Notes under the pieces: model-generated | The model's input: the letters and a program-made list of their open reading frames with translations, nothing else | Database searches by the model: none | Told to the model about the DNA's origin: nothing | Translations under genes and position numbers: made by a program | Shown: one piece after another, positions 8,742 through 20,987 of the stretch | Layout of the letters: the number at the start of each line of letters is the position of its first letter | How positions within the stretch are numbered: the stretch's first letter is position 1 | From: Bdellovibrionales bacterium | GTDB lineage: Bacteria; Bdellovibrionota; Bdellovibrionia; Bdellovibrionales; DASUEL01 | Assembly: GCA_050250255.1 (NCBI GenBank) | Contig: JBFWOZ010000002.1 | Span: 64,001 to 128,000 of the forward strand | Direction: 5' to 3' | DNA: 64,000 nucleotides

Positions 8742-9347
8742 TTAGGTTATGAGGCTAATTTTAATTTCACCGAGGGCGGGCAATACGTAACCTATTTTAG
8801 TGACCTGCCCAGATCGCTCGTCCACCCATACTTCGACTTCGCGCCAGAGTCTGTTCTCCTCTGAGGCCTGCGAAAGCTTTGAAAAAAGTAACTCTCTGCT
8901 TCCTTCGACGGGTATTGTTTTTTGATTGTTTTTAGCAAGAGATAGGTAAGCTTCAGAGGTTTTTTTTCCATCAAAAAATAGAGTATGAACAGATTCTTCC
9001 TTCAAAGAGGGAAGGGCGGATTGTAATGCAAAAAGCGTTGAAGCGTAATCAATGGTTCCTGACGGAATTTCCATCGACGTCACATCCTGATCTTTCCCCA
9101 TGAGACGTAATTTTCTATTGTACTGACTTAATTGGGGAGACTCCCCTTTTGTCCAAACGGCCTGGGTCTCCACTTCAAGAGGAACGATAAATCCCCCCAG
9201 CGCCTTAAGAGTGGCTGACCCTCTAACTTCAATGGTGTTTTGATGATGTCGAAGGGTGAGCTGAAGCGTTCCTTTTGCCAGAGGAGTAACAACCGCGTAC
9301 TGTAGCGTATGACTGCCGATATCCTGTGGAAGAGAAAGGACTGCCAT
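8742..9347 (-). CDS. Beta-rich hypothetical protein, DUF3108-like
   Basis: Strand-rich with D..S.L..L, FDGK and terminal VWV...KI...G.I...L pattern; starts 2 nt after the atpC stop. Confidence 0.6.
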   Translation of the reverse strand: MAVLSLPQDIGSHTLQYAVVTPLAKGTLQLTLRHHQNTIEVRGSATLKALGGFIVPLEVETQAVWTKGESPQLSQYNRKLRLMGKDQDVTSMEIPSGTIDYASTLFALQSALPSLKEESVHTLFFDGKKTSEAYLSLAKNNQKTIPVEGSRELLFSKLSQASEENRLWREVEVWVDERSGQVTKIGYVLPALGEIKISLIT

Positions 9348-9349
9348 CC

Positions 9350-9763
9350 TTAGTTTGTGTACTCTTTCACGAGTTGCAATCTCGCCTGAGCGCGCGCTAA
9401 TTTGTTACCATATTTTTGAATATCTTTTGGCTCAATGTCGGTGCGAGAAAGGTTCTCAAGAGCTTTTTTCTCAGAGCTTGTAGCACGATCTCGTTCAACT
9501 TCCTCTGGTGTCTCAGCCGTTTCGGCAAGAACATTCACAACGTTGTTAGAAACTTCGCAATAGCCCCAAGAAATCGCAGCCGCTAAAAGCTTCGATGAGC
9601 CCTTGAGTCTGTATTTTAAAATTCCCGTCGAAAGTGTTGTGACCAACGGTGCGTGGCCATCAAGGATGTTTAGTTCACCCACGTAGGCTGGCACAAAAAC
9701 TTCTTCGACCTCAACGTCGGTGACAATTTTTTTCATTGGCGTAACAACACTTAATCGCAACAT
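9350..9763 (-). CDS. atpC: ATP synthase epsilon subunit
   Basis: VVTP, GELNILDGHAPL. Confidence 0.97.
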   Translation of the reverse strand: MLRLSVVTPMKKIVTDVEVEEVFVPAYVGELNILDGHAPLVTTLSTGILKYRLKGSSKLLAAAISWGYCEVSNNVVNVLAETAETPEEVERDRATSSEKKALENLSRTDIEPKDIQKYGNKLARAQARLQLVKEYTN

Positions 9764-11212
<1,449 letters not shown>

Positions 11213-11215
11213 CTA

Positions 11216-12094
11216 TCAACCGTTGAGTGCTTCCGCACCGCTGGTGATCTCGATCAATTCAGTTGTAATTGCAGCTTGTCTAATTTTGTTCAATGTCAGT
11301 GTCAGATTACGAATCGCTTCGCCGGCGTTCTTCGTCGCGTTTTCCATCGCGTTCATGCGCGCACCATGCTCGGACGCAATACTCTCTTGCATGCAGCGGT
11401 AAACTTGAACCGCGAAATGCTTCTCTAAAAGTTGATCCAAAATCACTTCTGGAGATGGCTCAAAAATAATTCCCGGAGTGTTTTCCGTGTCCACATTTTG
11501 TTCTGCAGTCACTTCCGCCGCCACAGGAAGAAGCGTTTCTTTCACCACGATTTGAGCAATTGCCGATTTGAATTCGTTATAAACGATTTGTACTTCGTCA
11601 TAAGCGCCCGTGCCGTACCACTCAAGAACGCGTGCGGTGAGCGCTTGGGCCATTCCGTAACGAATATCTTTTACGAGGTTTGTCACCACTTCGAGAGGCT
11701 CAACACTTCGTTTTCTAAAAAAATCACCTGCGCGACGACCGATGCAATAAACATCCACCTTCGAATATTTGGTTTTATTTTCTTTGTAGTAACGATCCGC
11801 AGCCTTAAGTACGCTGGAGTTAAATCCACCGCAAAGCCCTCGGTCGCTCGTCAAAACAATCATCAAAACACTTGATGGGTTTTCTTTTTGAATCAGAAAT
11901 GGGTGCGAGATGTTTTTAGAACTCGCAATTTTTGAAATCACCGAGCGCAAACGATAAGCGTAGGGACGAGAATTCACAATCGCATGCTGCGCCTTGCGAA
12001 GCTTCGCCGCCGAAACCATCTTCATGGCTTTGGTCGTTTGCTGAGTGTTCTTCACACTCGCAATTCTGTTTCTCAGGTCCTTCGTATTTGCCAT
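11216..12094 (-). CDS. atpG: ATP synthase gamma subunit
   Basis: AMKMVSAAKL, DRGLCG, RQAAITTEL. Confidence 0.99.
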   Translation of the reverse strand: MANTKDLRNRIASVKNTQQTTKAMKMVSAAKLRKAQHAIVNSRPYAYRLRSVISKIASSKNISHPFLIQKENPSSVLMIVLTSDRGLCGGFNSSVLKAADRYYKENKTKYSKVDVYCIGRRAGDFFRKRSVEPLEVVTNLVKDIRYGMAQALTARVLEWYGTGAYDEVQIVYNEFKSAIAQIVVKETLLPVAAEVTAEQNVDTENTPGIIFEPSPEVILDQLLEKHFAVQVYRCMQESIASEHGARMNAMENATKNAGEAIRNLTLTLNKIRQAAITTELIEITSGAEALNG

Positions 12095-12098
12095 TTAA

Positions 12099-14224
<2,126 letters not shown>

Positions 14225-14244
14225 TTTCTCCGTCTCCCGCTTCT

Positions 14245-14814
14245 CTAGCTTTCAAGAACGCGAATTTTTTCAGCAAATTCTTTTTGAAGCCTTTTTTGAT
14301 CGACCTCTTTAATTTGTGATTGAATTTTTTCACGCGCCTGTTGAATCGAGTTTGCAATGACCTCAGAGCGAAGCGCTTGAACCGCTCGGTAAGCCTCCGC
14401 ACTGATTGTTTTTGTCGCTTCTGATTTCATTTTTTCTGCTTGTTCACGGGACTCTTCGATCAGCTTCGCCTGCAGCACAACCGCATCTTTTTTCGATTTC
14501 TCGAAAGATTCATTCGCGGTTGATTGAAGTCGATGAAGTCGCTCTTTTAGATCTTGTCTTTGTTTTTCTGCCTGAATCTTTAGAGCTTCCATTTCGCGAA
14601 CTGTTTTAAAATACTCGTCGCGTCGCGCCTGAAAGTGAGCCTTCACTTTGGGGACCACAATATATCCCAAAATAAGGAGAAGTATTCCAAGATTCAAAGC
14701 CTGGAAAAGCACTACGCGAGGAACTTCTGTGGGAACAGGCGCATGCTGCCCGCCGCCCGCAGCGAAAACAACTTCTGAAAAAAGAAGCGCGAACAAAGAG
14801 AGAGGTGATCTCAT
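14245..14814 (-). CDS. atpF: ATP synthase F0 subunit b
   Basis: TM segment plus coiled coil; operon position. Confidence 0.9.
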   Translation of the reverse strand: MRSPLSLFALLFSEVVFAAGGGQHAPVPTEVPRVVLFQALNLGILLLILGYIVVPKVKAHFQARRDEYFKTVREMEALKIQAEKQRQDLKERLHRLQSTANESFEKSKKDAVVLQAKLIEESREQAEKMKSEATKTISAEAYRAVQALRSEVIANSIQQAREKIQSQIKEVDQKRLQKEFAEKIRVLES

Positions 14815-15269
14815 TTCATAGCCTCTTTTCCGATAAGCTTTTCTGTGATCGCAGAACCGATTTCTGTCACTTCTGATTTCAACATTTGTTTTGCGGTGGA
14901 AATTTCTTTTTCAAGACTTTGTCGAGCGCTTTTTAAAGTGTCTGCAGACTGTTCACGAGCTTGAGATAAAATTTGATTTTGTTGTGCTTGTGCCGTTTGT
15001 CTTGCTTGATCAAAAACAAGTTTAATTTGATCATTTACTTTGCGTGCTTCTATCTCATACTGCCCTTGCAACTGAGCGGTATCCGCAACAAGTTGATCTG
15101 TTTCTCCCTTGCTGCCGACAGTTCTTTTTTCACGCTCTTCATAGGCGTTGTAGTAAGGCTTGAAAACAATCCAGTTAAGAATTGCGAAAGTAAAAAGAAA
15201 AATCGCGAGCTGCGTCCAGAGAGTAGGGTTGATCCCCAACGAAAGAATAAGTCCGTTGATTGTTTCCAT
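14811..15269 (-). CDS. ATP synthase F0 subunit b'
   Basis: TLWTQLAIF...FKP...ERE; TM plus coiled coil. Confidence 0.9.
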   Translation of the reverse strand: METINGLILSLGINPTLWTQLAIFLFTFAILNWIVFKPYYNAYEEREKRTVGSKGETDQLVADTAQLQGQYEIEARKVNDQIKLVFDQARQTAQAQQNQILSQAREQSADTLKSARQSLEKEISTAKQMLKSEVTEIGSAITEKLIGKEAMK

Positions 15270-15414
15270 TTAATTGAATTTCCTTGCTTTTCGGCTCGAA
15301 GAGGTAGCATTCCGCCTCAAGAACCGTCAAGGATAAATAGACTCGGAAATCATTCATAAAAGGTGCGCGGAAGCGACGACCAAGCAACGTCACAAACACT
15401 TTTTTATGGAGGCT

Positions 15415-15816
15415 TTAGCCAACAGGCATTTGGGAGGCGCCTTCAAAGACCACCCCCTCGTCAATTTGGAGTCGTGGAGTCGTCACGGTGCCTTTTAAAA
15501 TAGCAGGAGGGTGCATCACAATTCCACGGCGGGCAAAAACGTTTCCCTTCACCGTGCCGCTAATAATAACGAGGCCGGCTTCAATTTGGGCTTCCACTTC
15601 GGCGCCTTCATCAATCACAAGCGTGTCCTGGGTGAAAATTTCGCCTTTAAATCGTCCACCGATTCGTACGGTTCCCTCAAAGGTCAAAAGCCCCTCAAAG
15701 GAAGCTCCTTGATCTAAAAGTGCGGTAATTTGCTCGCCAACCTGCTTTGTAGACTCATAGGACTCGAGAGAGTCCTGAGCGCGGTTCGGCTGGGTTTTAG
15801 GCTCAACTTCTTTCAT
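15415..15816 (-). CDS. Bactofilin (polymer-forming cytoskeletal protein)
   Basis: FEGLLTFEGTVRIGGRFKGEI...G.V.G.V...IDEGVVFEG beta-helix pattern. Confidence 0.93.
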   Translation of the reverse strand: MKEVEPKTQPNRAQDSLESYESTKQVGEQITALLDQGASFEGLLTFEGTVRIGGRFKGEIFTQDTLVIDEGAEVEAQIEAGLVIISGTVKGNVFARRGIVMHPPAILKGTVTTPRLQIDEGVVFEGASQMPVG

Positions 15817-15821
15817 AGAAA

Positions 15822-16787
15822 CTAGATCCTTTTTAACTTCTCAACGATTTTATTTAATTCTTGATCGCTGTAGAAGTGGAGCACTAGCTTTCCACGTTTG
15901 TCTTTGTAGTCAATGCTCACCTTCGTGCCCAAGGTTTTTTGTAGGCCCTCGGTGATGCGAGCGATCAGCTGCGCCTCGGGATAAGAGCCGTTACCCTCGC
16001 TGACACTCACCTGTGGTGGGCTTAGCTTTTGAGCAACAAGTTTTTCTGTTGCGCGCACGCTCAGCTTTTTTTCCACCACTTCTTTTGCTAAAGAAATCTG
16101 GTCGCTGGCGCTTGGCAGAGAAAGAAGAACCTTTGCGTGCCCAAGGCTAATCGCTGCCGTCTTCAGCATTTCTTTCACCTCAGACGTGAGCTCGAGAAGG
16201 CGGAGGCTGTTCGCTACTGTCGTGCGATCCTTCCCCACCTTTTGCCCAATTTCACTTTGGGTCATCTTGAAGTCTTGGGCCAATCGTTGGTAGGCTTCGG
16301 CTTCCTCGAGGGGGCCCAAATCTGCGCGCTGAATATTTTCAATCAGCGCCATCTCGAGAGTGTTTTTGTCGTCGGAGGCCTTAATCAAGACAGGCACCTC
16401 ACTGAGGCCTGCAAGCTGAGCAGCTCTCCAGCGCCTTTCGCCGGCGACAATTTCGTAACGACCTTTTTCGCTTGTGGGTCGTACGAGTATCGGTTGCAAA
16501 ATCCCGCGTTCTTTAATGGAGGCCGCAAGCTCTCTCAGTTTTTCTGCATCAAACTGGCGCCGCGGTTGCTTGGGATTTCCCTTAATAAGGGACACATCCA
16601 AATTCTGAACTCTGATTCCTTCAGGCCCAGGGATGGTCTGCTCGACATAGTTTTTCGTGGTCACTTCACTATTGTTATTTGCTGAGATCGGCCCCATCGC
16701 ATTGTCACCGAGAAGGCTTCCAAGGCCTCGGCCCAATCGACCTTTTTTCGAGAGATTTACTTCATAGCTCGACATGTGTAGCTCCAT
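15822..16787 (-). CDS. parB: Chromosome partitioning protein ParB
   Basis: LGRGLGSLL, GILQP, AGERRWRA, ENIQR, HTH; start may be 16775. Confidence 0.97.
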   Translation of the reverse strand: MELHMSSYEVNLSKKGRLGRGLGSLLGDNAMGPISANNNSEVTTKNYVEQTIPGPEGIRVQNLDVSLIKGNPKQPRRQFDAEKLRELAASIKERGILQPILVRPTSEKGRYEIVAGERRWRAAQLAGLSEVPVLIKASDDKNTLEMALIENIQRADLGPLEEAEAYQRLAQDFKMTQSEIGQKVGKDRTTVANSLRLLELTSEVKEMLKTAAISLGHAKVLLSLPSASDQISLAKEVVEKKLSVRATEKLVAQKLSPPQVSVSEGNGSYPEAQLIARITEGLQKTLGTKVSIDYKDKRGKLVLHFYSDQELNKIVEKLKRI

Positions 16788-17634
16788 CTCCCGTCGGTAT
16801 TACAACAGACGAGGCGCGTGCGGAAACTGTCGGGATGGACATCGCTTCTGCCGTCTGACTTCCAAAAACTCTCTGATCTAATTCTTTTGCTAGGCCCCTA
16901 TAACGCAACGAGCCAGTGGACTTGGAATCATATTCTAAAATAGATTGACCGTGACTTGGAGCCTCACTCAATCGGACATTACGAGGAATAATCGAATTGA
17001 AAACCTTGTCTCCAAAATGTGTTCGTATTTCTGACATCACTTGGTGGCTTAGATTATTTCGGCCATCGAACATTGTAAGGACAATACCTTCAATTTTTAA
17101 ATTTGGATTCTGTCCTTTTTTAATAATGCCCGCAGTGTTGAGAAGCTGACTCAAGCCTTCAAGCGCATAGTACTCACATTGAAGAGGAACAATAAAACTG
17201 TCGGCCGCAACGAGAGAGTTTAGCGTCAGTAAGCCGAGTGAGGGAGGACAATCAATTATTATATAGTCAAATTTGTGTTTTGATTCTTTGAGTGCTTCTT
17301 TGAGTTTAAAAGCACGATTTTCGGCGCCAACCAATTCAATCTCTGCCCCTACAAGATCCGGAGTAGCCACAATCAGCTTCAGGTTTTTCACTTGGGTATT
17401 CGAAACGACTTCGTCTACAGACTTTAGTCCTACCAACATTTCGTAAGTGTTCTTTTCTTGATACTCGTGAGACTTCATGCCTAATCCACTCGATGCATTT
17501 CCTTGTGGATCCATGTCTATGAGAAGAACCTGCCTACCCAATTCTGCCAATGAAGCTGATAAATTAATAGAAGTGGTGGTTTTTCCTACTCCACCCTTTT
17601 GATTCGCTATGCAAATCACTCTTGCTTGCATCAT
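16762..17634 (-). CDS. parA: Chromosome partitioning ATPase ParA/Soj
   Basis: NQKGGVGKTT, DPQGNA, DCPPSLG. Confidence 0.97.
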   Translation of the reverse strand: MMQARVICIANQKGGVGKTTTSINLSASLAELGRQVLLIDMDPQGNASSGLGMKSHEYQEKNTYEMLVGLKSVDEVVSNTQVKNLKLIVATPDLVGAEIELVGAENRAFKLKEALKESKHKFDYIIIDCPPSLGLLTLNSLVAADSFIVPLQCEYYALEGLSQLLNTAGIIKKGQNPNLKIEGIVLTMFDGRNNLSHQVMSEIRTHFGDKVFNSIIPRNVRLSEAPSHGQSILEYDSKSTGSLRYRGLAKELDQRVFGSQTAEAMSIPTVSARASSVVIPTGDGATHVEL

Positions 17635-17804
17635 CTACCCCCTATTTTGTCAGACTTTCCAGTTCCATCTAGTCAGAATGTCTATGCGGAATAGCCGCAT
17701 GTCTTATTTTGACTACTTTCAATTGTGATTTGCAAAGTAAATGTACTTTTTTTTGACGAAAACTGAATATCCTGGACCTTTTTTTAACTGTTTTTGGTGA
17801 TTTG

Positions 17805-17820
17805 TGTTCCACGTGGAACC
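17805..17820. other. parS site (15/16 match)
   Basis: TGTTCCACGTGGAACC upstream of parA. Confidence 0.9.
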
Positions 17821-17821
17821 T

Positions 17822-17848
17822 TTTAGACCTATTCAAACCTGCCGATAA
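17822..17848 (+). promoter_or_regulatory. Putative sigma28 (FliA) promoter
   Basis: TTTAG-N14-GCCGATAA; perfect -10 with canonical spacing; ATG follows after 7 nt. Confidence 0.65.
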
Positions 17849-17855
17849 GTAGTCT

Positions 17856-18359
17856 ATGAGACGTGTATTGATAGTCATGATCGCTTTTTTTGCTATTTCT
17901 GCCTGTAAAAGGCCAATTGCAGAGCCTGAAACGATAGATCCTATCTATCGCGCACTCAAAAGCGACCTCGATGTATTCAAAAAAGAAGAGGACAACGCTG
18001 CAAATGATGTGAAGGCTGCAAAAAAAGAAATTGCTCTCGCGGCTCCACAGACAGGTGAATACAAGGTGCGTCTGGCGCAGTTTTTTGATGCAGAAAAGAA
18101 ATTGGCGGAGTTAAAGCAAAAGAGACGCTTTCTCGAGATACATCTTCAAACTCGCAAAGGTTTTGCTCGAAAATCCTATGAAAAAGCATTCGAGAAGGAC
18201 ATTCCATGGCCAGACCCCGAAGAATATCGGCTTTACCAAGCAAATCGGAAGCTCGCGAATGATCCCCGAAGCTGGGATGAGCGATTAAGAATATACTTTC
18301 AATCACGCGCCCCGGCCGCGAAAAAAGAAGATAAGAAGTCCGCGGGCGGCGGACACTAA
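17856..18359 (+). CDS. Hypothetical coiled-coil lipoprotein
   Basis: Signal peptide with lipobox ISA-C; helical body. Confidence 0.8.
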   Translation: MRRVLIVMIAFFAISACKRPIAEPETIDPIYRALKSDLDVFKKEEDNAANDVKAAKKEIALAAPQTGEYKVRLAQFFDAEKKLAELKQKRRFLEIHLQTRKGFARKSYEKAFEKDIPWPDPEEYRLYQANRKLANDPRSWDERLRIYFQSRAPAAKKEDKKSAGGGH

Positions 18360-18433
18360 TCACTTACAAAGTCATACTGAGTAAAGCGAAGGAGGGCGCG
18401 CCTGCTTCAGACACTCTCACCAGGGGCTACGTG

Positions 18434-19087
18434 TCAGTTAAGAATACTTTTTACGATTGTATGATGAATCTTAGATTCTGGCAGTTCATAGTCTGCCACA
18501 TGGACAGTGTTCCACGTGGAACATAGCTGCTGAGGCAGGGCAACTACTTCAGTGCTCCACTCGGGGCCTTTAAGGTGAAAGAGACTCGCCTTTGCGTTGC
18601 AAGAGCGCCGTAAAGTTAATAACGTTTTTTGAATGCTAGCGAAGCCTCGCGTCATACCAAAGTCAATTCGATCTGCACCCATAGACTCTGCGCGCTTCAC
18701 TAATACTTGAGCATTTTTAAGTTCAAGCGCATTAATGCAGTGTTTCATAAACTCTGCCTTGCGAGAGTCCGCCTCTACAAGTTTAAATATTTTTTCGGGC
18801 GCTAAAAGGCTGGCAACTATGCCTGGGAAGCCATTTCCACTGCCTATATCGTATACAGAGCTCCCCGCGATCATGGGCTCAATGACTCGCCATCCCATAA
18901 TTGAGTCCGCAATGTGCACCTGGTCTATTTTATCGACTGTTGAGATAGAAATAACGGACGTGGTTTTGTTAAAACGAAGCAGTTCCTCGCGAAACTTAAG
19001 GATGGCCTCAAGTGTACTTTTATCTAGGTCTGGAAACCAGAGTCCGAGTTTTTCTGTGATAACATTTTTTTTCGCAACAGCTTCCAA
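18434..19087 (-). CDS. rsmG: 16S rRNA m7G527 methyltransferase
   Basis: HIADS, DIGSGNGFPGI; follows mnmG. Confidence 0.93.
   Translation of the reverse strand: MEAVAKKNVITEKLGLWFPDLDKSTLEAILKFREELLRFNKTTSVISISTVDKIDQVHIADSIMGWRVIEPMIAGSSVYDIGSGNGFPGIVASLLAPEKIFKLVEADSRKAEFMKHCINALELKNAQVLVKRAESMGADRIDFGMTRGFASIQKTLLTLRRSCNAKASLFHLKGPEWSTEVVALPQQLCSTWNTVHVADYELPESKIHHTIVKSILN
18508..18523. other. parS site (perfect palindrome) inside rsmG
   Basis: TGTTCCACGTGGAACA. Confidence 0.95.
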
Positions 19088-20964
19088 GATGGCCTCTCCT
19101 CGGTCCCCAACTTATGTCCATTTAGATAAACTAAAATGGACTGAACGGCTGAGGGGTTTACACCACTAATTCGACTCGCCTGTCCCAGTGTCCTGGGCTT
19201 AAGACGATCTAGCTTCTCAATCTCTTCGGAAGAAAGGCCCCTAATACTTGAGTAAGAAATGTCGTCGGGGAGCTTCATATTTTCCATCTTACTGGCCTGT
19301 TGAATCAGCTCTTTTTGTCTCGTAACATAGCCTGAATATTTCACTTCTATTTCCACGGCTTCAATCACGGCTGGCTCTTCTTTGGTGAAGTTAAAAAACT
19401 GTCCAACTTCTTCCCACCCAATTTCTTGTCGTCTCATAAGCGTCTCAAGCTTGGTCGGTTTTAAAATTGCTGGAGTACCTATCTGCTCTAGTTTTTTTAA
19501 TGTTTCTTCATTGGGATAAATCGTCTGACTCTTAAGCTCTTCAAGTAAATGAGCCCGGCGCTCTTTTCTTTTCACATAAAGCTCTTCAACATCACCCTTC
19601 ACCAGACCAAGATCTAGAGATCTCTGGAAAAGTCGATCCGCAGTGTTGTCTTCGCGAAGAATCAAGCGGTGCTCTGCTCGAGAGGTGAACATTCGGTAGG
19701 GTTCTTGGGTTCCCTTTGTCACAAGATCATCAATCAACACGCCCATGTACGCTTCATCTCGACGAAGGATAAAAGGTTCCTTTTCGAGAAGTCTATGGGC
19801 CGCATTCACACCTGCAAGAAAACCTTGCGCGGCAGCCTCTTCATATCCACTCGTTCCATTAATCTGGCCCGCAAGAAATAAATTTTTAACGGCCGCCGTT
19901 TCAAAATGATGACGAATTTGTGTTGGCTCAATAAAGTCATACTCAACCGCGTATCCGTAGCGAATGACTTTGACGTTTTCTAGGCCAGGAATGGTTTTCA
20001 AAAATTCATCTTGAACGTCTGCCGGTAAGCTTGTCGAAATTCCCTGAAGATAAATCAAATCTGTATCTAAACCTTCGGGCTCCAAGAAAGTTTGATGGCT
20101 GGTTTTATCGACGAAGCGATGAATTTTATCCTCTATGCTCGGGCAGTAACGAGGACCTATTCCCTCGATACGGCCACAAAACATCGGCGAACGATCCAAA
20201 TTTTTTCGGATGATGTCGTGGGTTTTTTCATTCGTGCGACTGAGATAACAAGTCACCTGCGGCAATTGATATTCTCGGGGACTACGAAAGCTAAAAGGAT
20301 AAAAAAATTCATCGCCTGGCTGGGGAATAGTTTTTGACCAGTCGATGCTGTCTTTGTGAAGTCGCGCAGGTGTTCCCGTTTTTAGTCTTCTTACGACAAA
20401 ACCAAGGGAGCGCAGTTGATCAGAAAGGCCCACAGAGGCTTTGTCTCCTACGCGTCCGCCCGCCACCTTATCAAGCCCAACGTGCATCACCCCATTCATA
20501 AAGGTGCCCGTAGTGATGATTGTTGTGCGTGCACGAACTTCAGCTCCGTCTTCGAGGGTCACTCCTGCACAAACCTCTTTTTCAAGAAGAAGCGACTTCA
20601 CTTCCGATTCAAGAATCTGAAGATTTTCTTGATTAAAAATCGTTGATTGCATGTAAGCCGAATATTTATCTTTATCGCACTGAGTGCGGGTTCCGCGGAC
20701 CGCAGGACCCTTTTTTGAATTGAGCCGCTTGAATTGGATGCAGGTTTTGTCTGCGGCAAGTCCCATCTCTCCACCCAAAATATCAAGCTCGCGAACCATG
20801 TGCCCCTTGGCGAGGCCACCAATCGCGGGATTGCAGCTCATGTAACCAATGCGAGATTTGTTTGTTGTCACAAGAAGGGTTTTAAACCCTAAGCGCGAAG
20901 TCGCAAGGCAGGCTTCAATTCCTGCGTGGCCCCCTCCAATAACTATGACATCAAACTGATTCAT
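19024..20964 (-). CDS. mnmG: tRNA U34 modification enzyme MnmG/GidA
   Basis: GGGHAG, MSCNPAIGG, GPRYCPSIEDK, GQINGTSGYEEAA. Confidence 0.98.
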   Translation of the reverse strand: MNQFDVIVIGGGHAGIEACLATSRLGFKTLLVTTNKSRIGYMSCNPAIGGLAKGHMVRELDILGGEMGLAADKTCIQFKRLNSKKGPAVRGTRTQCDKDKYSAYMQSTIFNQENLQILESEVKSLLLEKEVCAGVTLEDGAEVRARTTIITTGTFMNGVMHVGLDKVAGGRVGDKASVGLSDQLRSLGFVVRRLKTGTPARLHKDSIDWSKTIPQPGDEFFYPFSFRSPREYQLPQVTCYLSRTNEKTHDIIRKNLDRSPMFCGRIEGIGPRYCPSIEDKIHRFVDKTSHQTFLEPEGLDTDLIYLQGISTSLPADVQDEFLKTIPGLENVKVIRYGYAVEYDFIEPTQIRHHFETAAVKNLFLAGQINGTSGYEEAAAQGFLAGVNAAHRLLEKEPFILRRDEAYMGVLIDDLVTKGTQEPYRMFTSRAEHRLILREDNTADRLFQRSLDLGLVKGDVEELYVKRKERRAHLLEELKSQTIYPNEETLKKLEQIGTPAILKPTKLETLMRRQEIGWEEVGQFFNFTKEEPAVIEAVEIEVKYSGYVTRQKELIQQASKMENMKLPDDISYSSIRGLSSEEIEKLDRLKPRTLGQASRISGVNPSAVQSILVYLNGHKLGTEERPSWKLLRKKMLSQKNSDSGFQT

Positions 20965-20987
20965 CTATTTCACCAACATTTACGGAC

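Noticed and set aside
17669..17878. 69-aa minus-strand ORF upstream of parA
   Set aside because: Spans parS and promoter DNA; no RBS or coding character
19024..19087. 64-nt mnmG/rsmG overlap as frameshift or pseudogene
   Set aside because: Both genes are complete; best explained as a short C-terminal run-on of MnmG
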